64,000 nucleotides of DNA from a virus (Duplodnaviria; Caudoviricetes), in the IMG/VR virus record IMGVR_UViG_3300021400_000143, positions 1 to 64,000 of that record. One strand, given 5' to 3'. This document shows, piece after piece, positions 26,101 to 35,431 of this stretch (positions within the stretch are counted from its first letter, which is position 1; every line of letters begins with the position of its first letter). The notes under the pieces are model-generated. The model had not been told where the DNA came from, searched no databases, and saw nothing but the letters and a program-made list of their open reading frames with translations. Position numbers and translations under genes: made by a program.

Positions 26101-29100
26101 GTATAGTAATAGTCTTGCACATCGGTAAGCATACTCGCGAATACCTCTTTGTTCTTAATGCTAAGTCTGTTAAGTGCTGCTTCTTGGTCTTTTTGTAAAA
26201 GAATAAAATTGTCGATTGATTGAGTTCCACCAACAGGGACAACACTTTCTTTTTTTCCTATAAGTCCAAGCTCTTCATAAAGACTAACCATTCTCTGAAG
26301 ATACTCTATGCGAGATTCTCCGTCTTTTGGCTTTGCATCAAGTTCTTTTAGTATTTCAATATCTCGTGCGCTTGCTTTTCCTGTAGAGGCAAGCTCTTCC
26401 AACCCAACCTTGACTGCGTTAATGGATTCTGTTATTCTTGTGTATGTGTTTCTTGCTTCAGAACCAAACTCATTCATCCTTTCATTTAAGTCTGTTCCGA
26501 TTGCTTTTTCAGAAAATAATTGAGAAAAATTAACGTAGTCTTCTATAAGCTGTTTCGTTTCTTTTAGCTTTTGCTTAACATTGCTCTCATTTACATCTTC
26601 AAGGTTTATAGGAATGGTAACTCCAAGCTCTGTTTGTGCAAGCTCAAGCATGTCACGTAGCTTCGTGAGTTGTGTTCCCAAATTGTCTGTTGATATAGCA
26701 TTTGCGTATAGGTCTTCTACTTCTTTTCTTACTCCGCTATAAGCATTTGTAATTTCACCAAGTTTTTGCTTTGTTTCTTCACTTGTTTGGTTGAAAAGTA
26801 CAAAATACGATGCAATGGTAGCAATTGCTGTAACCCATGTGGTAAAAGGTATGCTTCTCATTGTTAGACCGAGAAGAGCTATGTTGCCTTGGGTTGTTCT
26901 AACTGTATTTGCAAGCCTAAGCCACGCAGGAATTGTGCTACTAACGGCTCTGCTTGCAGAAATACCAGCAACCATAGACGCTGTTTTGTAAGTGCCAATT
27001 GCAACAATTACAGTAGAAATAATCCTACTAAGTTCACGCCAATGCTTAAATAATACCGTAAGTCCTTTCAATCCAGTCGTCGTTACACCTTGACTATCTT
27101 TACCTATATCATTAAGCATGTTATTCCACGCAAGAGTTAGGTTTGCAAGACGGACTTTTAGTGTGTCAGCCATTTTTGCTTGGAAATCATAGAACTTGCC
27201 CCCTTCATCAGTCATCTTGTTTACAACCTTCATCACATCGGCATAGTCGATTGCTTTCTTTTTCATGCGGTCGTAAACGTCGGCAGTACTTACCATCTTT
27301 CCTTCAAGTTCTGAATAGTAATCTGCAAGCTGCTTTACAAGTGGTATGCCAGCGTTGGCAAACATACGTGCGTCGCGGCTATTAAGATAACCGTATGCTT
27401 TAATTTGTCCTAACGCATAAGTAAGACGTTCAACAGGAACACCAACCGCACTTGCCATATCAGCAAGCCTTCTTGTTGTATCTACAACATCTTTTGCAGC
27501 AATGTCGTATGCGGTAAGCTGTTTTGCTGCATTGGAAAGCTCAATAAGTGTGTATGGAGAAACCAACGACATTTGTGATAACTCGTTAAAGATACGAGTA
27601 CCACGTGAAGCACTATCCAAAAGAATACCTAATGCCTTTTCGTTCATTTCGTATTGCGAGCGTACTTCAATCAAATTCCTTACAAACTGCGTAGAAGCAC
27701 CAACGGTAAAGTAAAAAGCAAGACGGTTTTTCATATAGTTCCATGAACGTGTAAGGGCATTATTGAGTTCAGAAGCTTTCTTTGTAGTACCCATGTACTT
27801 GTTCAAATCTGTGTTCAAACGATTGATTTCTGCATCAATCGTTTTTATTTCTGCGACTTGCTTCGGGTCGGTAAGGTTTATTCCACGTTTATAAGATTGC
27901 AACCTCTGTATTTTATACGCTATATCATCAAGCGTCTTTTCAGGACCTTTTAATGCCGCGTCTAAGTTTATAGGTGTTGATAAATCCTTTCTTAATTGTT
28001 GAACATATCTTGACGTGGTTTGGAACTCTTCTTTCAACATCCTACCAAAATTGCTGTTTTGCATAGTAGGGGTAAGTCTATTCCACGTTTGTTGTAGCTG
28101 ATTTAAATAGACATTTAGTCTTTGGATTTCTTGCGAAGAAGTTTTTACATCAGATACTCCAATGTTAAGCGTATTTGCCACCATTTTTTCAAATGGAGTG
28201 CCTATTGACGGTGTTTTGTATTGCTTACGCTTGATTTGCTCTTCTGTTATTTGACGCTCTATATTAAGCTGTTGCTGTGCTACACTTACAGTTCCTTGTG
28301 TTTCTATTTTAATTTTCTCTTCGTTCTCTCTTTGAACATCTTGTAAACGTGCAAGTTCTTTTTGATTTCTTAATAATTGTTCTTCGATACTAAATTTGCT
28401 ATCATTATAAATAGCAAATGTTTTGTTTCCAACATCATAAGAAAAGATACCAGTTTTTCTAAATTCTTCGTTTTTACGTATAGCATCTGCCTGCCGACGA
28501 ATTTCATCAGTATATTTTTGTGCTGACGACGTCGCTGCTTCGTAACTTGTCGTTTGTTGTTGTAGTAATGATTTGCCAGATTTAAATTGCTCATTAAGTA
28601 GAGCGAGTTGAGGATTGGTTTTTTGCAAGCTGTTCACGTAATTTTGCATGGTATGACCTTGTGGTGCGATAACATCACCCATCTGCTTGATACCTGTCTG
28701 TAAATTACGTATTTGTGGAATAAGATTGTGAACTTCCTGCTCGTATCTATGCACACCCTCTGTTGCAAATTGAAACAAACCTTTATCACCCGTGGTAGTT
28801 GCGTGTGCAGCCAAAGCAACGAATGATGAATATTGCTGTCTTGCCTCTCTCAATCTTTCTCTAAGCAAGTCGAGTTGAACATTCATCGTTTGCAACACAT
28901 CAGCATTACGAATAGAACTTGAATCTCCGCTACGGACTGCAACTTGTTGCACTTTTGCAAGTTGGTCGTAAGCCATTGCAGTGTCTTTTACCGCTTTTGC
29001 TTCTTCTGTTTGCGCTTTCGCTCTCCTTGACGAACCACCATTGGCAGACCCACCCATATCTACCTTAATTTCACCAAGCTTGTTAAGTGTTTGTGTTATT

Positions 29101-29237
29101 TCTTGAACAGCACTTGTTGAATCTTTTTTCATTTTCTCCAACTGTGAGTTGAAGTGAGTAACAAGTGAATCTATTGAAGCTCTTAACTTATCATCGTCAA
29201 GTTGAGCTATAACAACTGTTGGATTGAGATTTGACAT
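23163..29237 (-). CDS. Tail tape measure protein
   Basis: 2024 aa, helical; TMP core ELSQMSLVSPYTLIEL..AAKQL.AY...RL.DMASAVG...ALGQI.A.G.L...D. Confidence 0.95.
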   Translation of the reverse strand: MSNLNPTVVIAQLDDDKLRASIDSLVTHFNSQLEKMKKDSTSAVQEITQTLNKLGEIKVDMGGSANGGSSRRAKAQTEEAKAVKDTAMAYDQLAKVQQVAVRSGDSSSIRNADVLQTMNVQLDLLRERLREARQQYSSFVALAAHATTTGDKGLFQFATEGVHRYEQEVHNLIPQIRNLQTGIKQMGDVIAPQGHTMQNYVNSLQKTNPQLALLNEQFKSGKSLLQQQTTSYEAATSSAQKYTDEIRRQADAIRKNEEFRKTGIFSYDVGNKTFAIYNDSKFSIEEQLLRNQKELARLQDVQRENEEKIKIETQGTVSVAQQQLNIERQITEEQIKRKQYKTPSIGTPFEKMVANTLNIGVSDVKTSSQEIQRLNVYLNQLQQTWNRLTPTMQNSNFGRMLKEEFQTTSRYVQQLRKDLSTPINLDAALKGPEKTLDDIAYKIQRLQSYKRGINLTDPKQVAEIKTIDAEINRLNTDLNKYMGTTKKASELNNALTRSWNYMKNRLAFYFTVGASTQFVRNLIEVRSQYEMNEKALGILLDSASRGTRIFNELSQMSLVSPYTLIELSNAAKQLTAYDIAAKDVVDTTRRLADMASAVGVPVERLTYALGQIKAYGYLNSRDARMFANAGIPLVKQLADYYSELEGKMVSTADVYDRMKKKAIDYADVMKVVNKMTDEGGKFYDFQAKMADTLKVRLANLTLAWNNMLNDIGKDSQGVTTTGLKGLTVLFKHWRELSRIISTVIVAIGTYKTASMVAGISASRAVSSTIPAWLRLANTVRTTQGNIALLGLTMRSIPFTTWVTAIATIASYFVLFNQTSEETKQKLGEITNAYSGVRKEVEDLYANAISTDNLGTQLTKLRDMLELAQTELGVTIPINLEDVNESNVKQKLKETKQLIEDYVNFSQLFSEKAIGTDLNERMNEFGSEARNTYTRITESINAVKVGLEELASTGKASARDIEILKELDAKPKDGESRIEYLQRMVSLYEELGLIGKKESVVPVGGTQSIDNFILLQKDQEAALNRLSIKNKEVFASMLTDVQDYYYTSGVAAKKFEQQVMRVAKEVDINNIPVEQRTIKLNAAINEEASLHNWNQFEKEFARQILNRKFGTTIEISEESKQSAEEDLQAWQKRQKDWFNNNKIDVKLDFQTNDTELSYAKRTLQDYKDKLEEVEVQRRKLNVGTGLKEDLDKAIEAAKKAQIVAKEAGADLESLNKKTKEKTSKKDVLGEAISKEVQYINDIQKRFKEYKQAGVDAQEALTLATNEYGKSIVRNNAILQKYGIKTLSSSQLASMPIQKIRDFYKEQLSGASASTNGVEALEKAIANLNTEITKIDYKRITDGLNNELSKIKDEYELAVELDANPELGNIFTDIFDIDPNELPQNLDEYAARVTDALNKSFEKQKKNFRLPTIELTDDDLKAYKAESEKPKGLITEADYKEIEKQTKEIRNLRKKDREDTLKRTQELQYKLGDINEKIAIETKKLTNLQIQAEKEKNAEKKALLELEIQDQEQAISKLKEQILSELPAYKALFESITDYSNGVVNRLAKNYKRVLDEAKKRGLNNNGKYTLTEGDVTVELTPERLNKEYKNVFKEIRKSESAFAKIKNAFTGDKGTNTQKDWAKGLELIAEEARKAADGVRTVAEIFDALGGDEDTTEILNDVATSMEGIATAGQGVSQIASGDYIGGTVNVIKGAWQAISTWFDNDNKKIDRQIEKSKFKVQELELAYKKLEYAAKKALGTEETVAKRESIAVKEQELAELERQLALEQQKDYKKNSDKREQKERIQDYLDSIESLKQEIQDAKEEIVNNLLGSDVKSAAEEFVDTWVEAWRAGETTLDAIQDKMDEVIFNLIKKSMTSKIVETLLNPFYKEVDRMTSAESEMGDALTINELRQLAQMAGVTAEQINTALGEFYGNLDALDIISQSSEANKQLSALQQGIQGITEDTAGALEAYMNGVSQQVYLHSQLLTEIRNAVVSMDNDIQMGIQAQMLLQLQQSYAVQMAIQNILLGWSNPSGMAVKVEMI

Positions 29238-29259
29238 TATATATGGGTGTTTTATGTGG

Positions 29260-29640
29260 TTACTTTTTCTTTTTGTTGTTTTTCCTTACTGGTACTTCGT
29301 ATTCCTCACCTTCTTTTAGGGTTGGAACTTTTAAGCCACCAAAGAAATTATCGAGTTTGGTCTGCGCTTTAAGTGCTTCGGAATAATTATTCCATGCTTT
29401 TTTGTCAGAACCTTTTAAGTATTTTGTGTGTGTGTTGTCAACAGCCATAAACTGTATTTGCGCACAACTTAATTTATAGAGATAATCATCAAGAGTATAT
29501 TGCGTGAATACTTTTATGAAGTCTGAGGCGTCTGCAATGATAGTGCTTCCATAAACTGTGATGCTGTCTCCACTGATTTCTTCTTCCGCATCAGCAGAGA
29601 ATCCGTAGCCATACTCACCGATTTTTTGAGTAAAAAAAAA
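29260..29640 (-). CDS. Tail assembly chaperone -1 frameshift extension (gpT-like)
   Basis: -1 frame open from the T9 run at 29640 through the track ORF 29260-29448; stop codon only 4 codons upstream of the run. Confidence 0.75.
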   Translation of the reverse strand, partial: FFFTQKIGEYGYGFSADAEEEISGDSITVYGSTIIADASDFIKVFTQYTLDDYLYKLSCAQIQFMAVDNTHTKYLKGSDKKAWNNYSEALKAQTKLDNFFGGLKVPTLKEGEEYEVPVRKNNKKKK

Positions 29641-30080
29641 CCAGATAGGTCAACCGACTTAATCGCACCAAGTATGATAGCCGCCCATTGGTTGATTTCA
29701 AAGGTGCTATTCATTACCTTCATCTTCATGGTGCTAATCAACCTATCGTTACGAGATACCGCATCTTCATAATCCCTTACATTGTCTGGTGTAAACAAGT
29801 GGTTGCAAAGAATAATTGCCATGATTTCAGCCATAGCATCCAAGTCGGTGCATAAAGCCGTTATAATTGCGTTGTCGTCGCTTAAAGTTTCATCAGCCTT
29901 ACGCATATCCATACAAAGCCTTGCAATGCGATATACGCTATAAAAACGCATGTTTTTAACCGTGTATTCTTTATCACCAAGCTGCACCAAAGACGGTGTA
30001 TCGTTAATGATGTCGATTATATCCCTTTTGATGTCTATTGGGAAATCCTGCAATTCCTCCTTCTCTTCTTGTTTTTTCAT
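29514..30080 (-). CDS. Tail assembly chaperone (gpG-like)
   Basis: Between tail tube and TMP; contains slippery GGT TTT TTT TTA. Confidence 0.85.
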   Translation of the reverse strand: MKKQEEKEELQDFPIDIKRDIIDIINDTPSLVQLGDKEYTVKNMRFYSVYRIARLCMDMRKADETLSDDNAIITALCTDLDAMAEIMAIILCNHLFTPDNVRDYEDAVSRNDRLISTMKMKVMNSTFEINQWAAIILGAIKSVDLSGFFLLKKSVSMATDSLLMRKKKSVETASQFMEALSLQTPQTS

Positions 30081-30102
30081 GTTTTAATGGTTGTTTGGTA
30101 AG

Positions 30103-30143
30103 AAAAAAGGGAACGTTACAGGGAACACCCCTAATAACGCCCC
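30103..30143 (-). terminator. Terminator after tail tube gene
   Basis: GGGCGTTA...TAACGTTCCC followed by TTTTTT. Confidence 0.65.
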
Positions 30144-30184
30144 CTACGGTTACATAGCACTTTATTCTCTCACATGGTAGATTA

Positions 30185-30694
30185 TTACTCAGATGGCTTT
30201 GTGCCGATAATCTTATACATGTGGTCGGTGGTTACTGCATCAGTACCAGTACCAGTGGTTACTTCGTGGTTGAGTGCCGTGATGGTTACAGAGAAATTCA
30301 AAGCACCATCTTCGTCCTTCTTGATTGTACCAACGGTCAGACCCTTGTAGATGTAAAGAGCGAAGTTACCACGCTGGAACTCCAACTGCCAAGAGTGTTC
30401 TGATGTGAAAGCTGCTGGTGCGCCTTCGTACACATCGCTTGTAACAGAGCCACCAAACAAAGCAGGAAGTTCTGTCAATTCGTAGTTAGCAAGCTCGAAG
30501 TTCAGAGTTATAGGGTTTCCATCGTAGAAGATGTCAAACGGAGTGTCAAAGAACTCGGCTTCAATCTCGGTGCTATCAGGTTCGTCCTGACCTACTGTAA
30601 GACCTTTCAACACACCCATCAATGGGGTAGTTGCGTCACCACCGACTGTACCATATTTCAGTGCAATGGCTTTAACGGTTGTTTTCTTTGCCAT
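30185..30694 (-). CDS. Major tail tube protein
   Basis: Position before chaperone; TEIEAEFFDTP, T.NFEL pattern of siphovirus tubes. Confidence 0.8.
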   Translation of the reverse strand: MAKKTTVKAIALKYGTVGGDATTPLMGVLKGLTVGQDEPDSTEIEAEFFDTPFDIFYDGNPITLNFELANYELTELPALFGGSVTSDVYEGAPAAFTSEHSWQLEFQRGNFALYIYKGLTVGTIKKDEDGALNFSVTITALNHEVTTGTGTDAVTTDHMYKIIGTKPSE

Positions 30695-30732
30695 GATTAT
30701 TTTCCTTTTAAAATTTTGGTTACTAATAAAGT

Positions 30733-31170
30733 TTATTCTTGTTCTTCAATTTGTACGATGAATGATTTGATAAAGGTGAAATACACGTTGTTCGCGTTGC
30801 TTGTTTCTTCTGCATCCATAGAAAGAATATCTTCACTTTCAATATGATATGTACCAGTATTGTCTTCAGATGCCAACTTGATAACTTCGTTAATACTATC
30901 TTCAAACGCTTTGTACTTATCATAATCAAGACGACCTCTGCTTATTGGTGGAACAAACGCTTCAATGTAGCATCTTACTCTACCATAAGTATGCAAGTCA
31001 AACTCGCTTTCATCAAGAATACTACCAACACGAATAACAATAAACCCGTCAGCGGTATCAGATGCGGTAAGTTCTTGCGGTTCTTGCATCGAATACACAT
31101 TTCTCGTTACAACCCCATAAAAGAGATTGTAAAGATAATCGTATATGTCAATTCTTGATTCGTTATACAT
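30733..31170 (-). CDS. Tail terminator protein
   Basis: Synteny and size; acidic. Confidence 0.6.
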   Translation of the reverse strand: MYNESRIDIYDYLYNLFYGVVTRNVYSMQEPQELTASDTADGFIVIRVGSILDESEFDLHTYGRVRCYIEAFVPPISRGRLDYDKYKAFEDSINEVIKLASEDNTGTYHIESEDILSMDAEETSNANNVYFTFIKSFIVQIEEQE

Positions 31171-31179
31171 ATTCTATTC

Positions 31180-31827
31180 CTATTCGTAAGCCTTTTCAAG
31201 CAATTTCTCGTATGGGATATTTGGTGGCAAAGATACGTTGTAGTAATACTTTCTTGCTGGTTTCAACTCTTTGCGCACTTGGTCGTAAACCTCTGCCATA
31301 ACAGAGAACTTTAAAAAAGTTACTGTACGTGGTATTGGTGATTTTCCACCACCTCGTTTCAAAGTAAAACCTTTTTCCCAATAACCCCAATAAGGCGCGA
31401 GGATGCCGAATACGATTTTCCAACCTCTTGTGCCTGTTGACGCAGCCTTTTGTATATATTCTTCTGCGAACTTTCGTCCGTTGACTGGAAACATCGAGTA
31501 TATTTGCGAGCCATAGAACTCATGCAAGTGTGATTCGCTTGTTGCTTCTTCACCCCACAACTTTCGTCCTTTCTTTAATGGTGCTTTCTCATAAAATCCA
31601 TATCCTACGACATTTCCTTTATAAGAAACACTCCAGCAAAGACTTTGCAATAAATGACCTGTTCTATACAAGTTGTTTTTGCTATCGAAAGTCTGGATTT
31701 TGTCTCCAATGCTGTCAAGCTTCTCTTTAGCGTATTCAACAAGCCTTGCGTTGTTCAATTCAATGGCTTTGTTTAACAATACGTTGTGGAAATAATTTTT
31801 ATCCCAGATTAGCTTTGACTCTTTCAT
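31180..31827 (-). CDS. Tail completion / neck protein (HK97 gp10-like)
   Basis: RTGHL.QS motif; basic; synteny. Confidence 0.65.
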   Translation of the reverse strand: MKESKLIWDKNYFHNVLLNKAIELNNARLVEYAKEKLDSIGDKIQTFDSKNNLYRTGHLLQSLCWSVSYKGNVVGYGFYEKAPLKKGRKLWGEEATSESHLHEFYGSQIYSMFPVNGRKFAEEYIQKAASTGTRGWKIVFGILAPYWGYWEKGFTLKRGGGKSPIPRTVTFLKFSVMAEVYDQVRKELKPARKYYYNVSLPPNIPYEKLLEKAYE

Positions 31828-31828
31828 G

Positions 31829-32164
31829 TCACCAACTATTACGTGAAGAATAAATGCTTACACCACCTAATTGCGATGGTTCAGCGTTATCTACGGTTAG
31901 ACTGAATGTTTCGCCATAACGAGTGATTGAAATCTTGTCACCTTTCTTTGGTATTCTCCAAGTACCATCGACATCTTGTGTAAGTGGAATAGAAACAATA
32001 TAACTCGAAGTTTGTAGTGTTCTACCTTCCTCGTCTGTTACCATGTGTTCATCCATAACACCTTCGTAAACAGTAATGGTTGTATCTGATTCACGACCAC
32101 TGCCCTCAATAACTCTTGTAATGATACCAGTGTAAGGATATTCAAGTATTTCACCACGCATCAT
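31829..32164 (-). CDS. Head closure (stopper) protein
   Basis: Synteny, 111 aa, beta-rich. Confidence 0.65.
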   Translation of the reverse strand: MMRGEILEYPYTGIITRVIEGSGRESDTTITVYEGVMDEHMVTDEEGRTLQTSSYIVSIPLTQDVDGTWRIPKKGDKISITRYGETFSLTVDNAEPSQLGGVSIYSSRNSW

Positions 32165-32550
32165 AAGTGTTCAACATCAACGATTGGTACAAATCTGATT
32201 TTTCTCTTGTTTGACAATTCCTCTAACGTGTCACCTCTATCATCATCGTACTTATTGTAAATACGAATCGCGTATTTGATTTTATCATCTTGGTAAAAGT
32301 CTTGTTCTTGCCCAATGGATTTTTGATAACCATTGTGCGATTGAGACAAAGACGCAGTATTAGATGGACTTAAAAGTACGGCGGTGAAAATGATGTCCGC
32401 AGTCATAAGTTCCCTTTGCCGCTTAGACACCAACATTTCGTCGTACACATCGTCGTCTGGGTTGCACTGTCTATCCAATGCAATCTTAATGAAGTTTTGC
32501 TCTTCAAAAGAGTAACGTGTGGATGCTTTAAGCCATTCTAATACTGTCAT
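32161..32550 (-). CDS. Head-tail adaptor (DUF6706-like)
   Basis: REL..ADI, S.SQSHNGYQKS, A.RIY.KY. Confidence 0.7.
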   Translation of the reverse strand: MTVLEWLKASTRYSFEEQNFIKIALDRQCNPDDDVYDEMLVSKRQRELMTADIIFTAVLLSPSNTASLSQSHNGYQKSIGQEQDFYQDDKIKYAIRIYNKYDDDRGDTLEELSNKRKIRFVPIVDVEHL

Positions 32551-32617
32551 CTTCTACAACCATTTAATAAACATAAACAATTAACAACGATGAAAAACAA
32601 AATGCGAGAATTACGTG

Positions 32618-33895
32618 TTAGTCTGCCTGAGAAATGTCAACCACAACGTGATATTGGCTTTCGTTCAGCACGGTAGCGTAACGACCAATAACATCGGTGT
32701 GATAAGACTTCAACATTCCGTTTGGTGTAATCTTGTTGATAACATACAGCATGTTCTGCACCTTTGCAAGAGAGAACTGAATACCGTTGTTTACCTCGCC
32801 AGACTGCATCAACTGAACGTCTGCTGGCTTTGCATGAACAACAACACCAGCGTAACCAAGAGGACGAAGAACAACGACGTTTTCTTTCCAACCTCTAACG
32901 GTGTGGTATGTTGTAATACCCTGTACTTGCTGCTGCTCGCGAACAATGCGGATAGGTGAAATCTTGCTGATTGGTGAGCGAGAATACTGAACAAGCTGCT
33001 CCCAAGTAATGCTGTCAACAGAAGTGTTAGCATTACCATTGTTGATAACGATAACCTTGTCTGGAGCGTAGAGCTGGATGTAACGATTTACCTGCTCGAT
33101 GAACTTAGCGTTCTTCAAGAGTACATTAACTACGGTGTCCCAAGGAATATCCCACTCAAATGGTGTATCGTCAGGAATGTAGTTTGCTTCCTTGAAATCC
33201 TGCTCAATCTTACGCATCTGTTCAGGAATATCCGCGTTAGCATTAGACCAAGCAAGTGTGCCTGCCGTCTTGTAGTTTGCAAGTGGAATGTAAGGCTCTT
33301 GGTATGTAACAACACCGCTAAAGCCGCGTGTAGTTGCTGTACCACCACCAATCTTTGTAAGGCTGATATTGTTACCATATTCACCACCACGAGAGAGTGT
33401 CATGGCTGCCATGTTGGAAAGACGGAGGTTGTGTGTCTTAACAAGGTCGGCAACACCACGAACGAAACCAACAACGAGATTCTGGTCTGTTCCAAGTTCC
33501 TGCAAACGTGCAGCGAGTTCGAGCTTAGACATGGAAGTTTCAAACAAGCCTTTACCATACTGGTAGATAGAGCCAGTCTTTTCTCCAAAGCCCTCAGCAT
33601 CAAGCTGCATAGTTTCTGACAGAGGTGCCATTGCATCAGCCATAGGAACTGTGCGATTGATTTTCTGACGAACAGTCCAAGCTGGGTTCTTCTTCAAGTC
33701 GGAAATGTCAATATCGTACTCGTTACCCTCTACGGTAAAATGCTCCTGCCAAAAGAACGAGTTCTCTTCAATCTCGATTGTGTTGTCAATCAACGACTGC
33801 AAAAATCCTTGATTAGTGCCGTCAAGGAATCCTTTCTGATACAGCTTTTCAACCGCTTCTTCAGGAGTCCACTGATATTTAAGTGCATTAGCCAT
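32618..33895 (-). CDS. Major capsid protein
   Basis: 425 aa, after scaffold/cement and before adaptor; preceded by AAGGAG. Confidence 0.85.
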   Translation of the reverse strand: MANALKYQWTPEEAVEKLYQKGFLDGTNQGFLQSLIDNTIEIEENSFFWQEHFTVEGNEYDIDISDLKKNPAWTVRQKINRTVPMADAMAPLSETMQLDAEGFGEKTGSIYQYGKGLFETSMSKLELAARLQELGTDQNLVVGFVRGVADLVKTHNLRLSNMAAMTLSRGGEYGNNISLTKIGGGTATTRGFSGVVTYQEPYIPLANYKTAGTLAWSNANADIPEQMRKIEQDFKEANYIPDDTPFEWDIPWDTVVNVLLKNAKFIEQVNRYIQLYAPDKVIVINNGNANTSVDSITWEQLVQYSRSPISKISPIRIVREQQQVQGITTYHTVRGWKENVVVLRPLGYAGVVVHAKPADVQLMQSGEVNNGIQFSLAKVQNMLYVINKITPNGMLKSYHTDVIGRYATVLNESQYHVVVDISQAD

Positions 33896-33914
33896 AATTC
33901 AAATCTCCTTTCTT

Positions 33915-34610
33915 TTAAATCCAGAAAATACCGTCGATGTAGGAACGATTCTTAGCGAGAACGTAGTTTGGCAGTGGCTGCATACGAGCAATCCAAGCCT
34001 CCTTGTCGTGTACGGTGCTAATAGAGTAGTTGGCATTTTCGATACCATAACCCTCTGTTGGCATCAAGTCACGGTCTGCTTCAATGAACGTGTTAGGGTT
34101 TGGAACAAGCACGTTTACAGAATTTGTTGGAGTGTCAAGTGCTGCGTCAGCGGCTGCATCAGCCTCAACAAGAATGTCACCTGCTGACAATGCAGAACCA
34201 AGAGCTGCTGCAACTGTTACTGAAAATTCCTGTGTGTCTGTGTCGTAAGTAACACCAGTTACTTTAACATAAGCACCCTTTGTTGTAGCGGTAGTAGGTG
34301 CTTTCATAAGGTACATTCCTACCTCAGGAGCATCGCTATAACCGTCACCCTTAATCTTAATCGTTGTTGCAGAGCTAATTGCGCTTGCGCTTACCTCAAA
34401 CGAACGGAAGATAAGGCATCCCTCTGCTGGTGTGTACTGAACCAACTGTGCAGCCCACAAGTGTCCGAAACCCTTGTTAGGGTTAAGGATTGTGCCGCCA
34501 AGCAACACATTCTTGCGAGATTCACCGTTGCTGTCTTTTACCCACACCCACTTACCACCACGTACCTTGCGTGATGTTTCGTAGAAATAAGATAAATTAG
34601 TTACTTGCAT
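33915..34610 (-). CDS. Capsid cement/decoration protein
   Basis: Between scaffold and MCP; beta-tulip-like size with inserted domain. Confidence 0.65.
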   Translation of the reverse strand: MQVTNLSYFYETSRKVRGGKWVWVKDSNGESRKNVLLGGTILNPNKGFGHLWAAQLVQYTPAEGCLIFRSFEVSASAISSATTIKIKGDGYSDAPEVGMYLMKAPTTATTKGAYVKVTGVTYDTDTQEFSVTVAAALGSALSAGDILVEADAAADAALDTPTNSVNVLVPNPNTFIEADRDLMPTEGYGIENANYSISTVHDKEAWIARMQPLPNYVLAKNRSYIDGIFWI

Positions 34611-34624
34611 AATAATCTCTAAAA

Positions 34625-35248
34625 TTAAATTTTAATCTTTGGTAATGAACCGATGAACTCTTCATCTTGTTTCCTTGTCTGTCGTGGTGCAAGTGGCTTT
34701 ATTTCACCAATGCTATCACGGAAAATGTCTTGGAAACGATTTGACAATCTCTTTGCTTGTTCTTCAGTTGTTTCGTCCAAGTTGACTGCGAAATCGGCTG
34801 CGTAAACCTCAAACGACTTATGCAAATCTTCTCGAACACTCTTTTTTGCCAAATCCACAACCTCCTTGTACTTTTCCCTTTTCTTTGCATCATCCTTGAA
34901 TTTTTCAAGTTCTTGCAACTGCTTTTTCACATCTTCGGGAAGTTCAGTAGGTGTTGGTGGTTCTTCCTTTGGCTTTGTCAACTCTGCAATTTGTTTCTTG
35001 TAGTCGTTCTCTTTGGTTTCAAATGCTTTGTTTGCAAAGGAAATTCCTCGCAAAGCTGCACTTCGTGCCGTGTCGATATTAAACTTCAAGTCAGACAAAA
35101 TGGCTTCATCATTGATGTCACCTTCTGGATTTCTTTTTGCAAAAAAATCAGCGAACTTGTCTTTAAACTCTGCTGTTAGTGTTGACTCGTCGTAACTTCT
35201 CTCGTTACAATAATCGTTTGCTCTCTGCAAAACTTCTTCTTTTGTCAT
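34625..35248 (-). CDS. Capsid scaffolding protein
   Basis: Charged helical protein, Pro-rich linker, first gene of head operon. Confidence 0.7.
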   Translation of the reverse strand: MTKEEVLQRANDYCNERSYDESTLTAEFKDKFADFFAKRNPEGDINDEAILSDLKFNIDTARSAALRGISFANKAFETKENDYKKQIAELTKPKEEPPTPTELPEDVKKQLQELEKFKDDAKKREKYKEVVDLAKKSVREDLHKSFEVYAADFAVNLDETTEEQAKRLSNRFQDIFRDSIGEIKPLAPRQTRKQDEEFIGSLPKIKI

Positions 35249-35274
35249 AGTTCTCTCCTAAATTTTTGTTTCAA

Positions 35275-35306
35275 CAAAGTTATGTTTATAATAAAATTAG
35301 CGCAAA
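35275..35306 (-). promoter_or_regulatory. Promoter of head/tail operon
   Basis: TTTG, 20-nt spacer, TAACTTTG. Confidence 0.75.
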
Positions 35307-35391
35307 GCAATTTATTCTTAAAGTTGTTTGTATCTTGCGTCTTGTGAAAACTTTAATAATATTTGTATGTTCGTGCGTGTGTTGTATTATG

Positions 35392-35399
35392 TAACTTTG
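35392..35399 (+). promoter_or_regulatory. -7 box of terminase operon (divergent)
   Basis: TAACTTTG 33 nt upstream of TerL ATG. Confidence 0.55.
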
Positions 35400-35431
35400 T
35401 GCGAAATTTAAATAAAGCAAACATTTACGAT

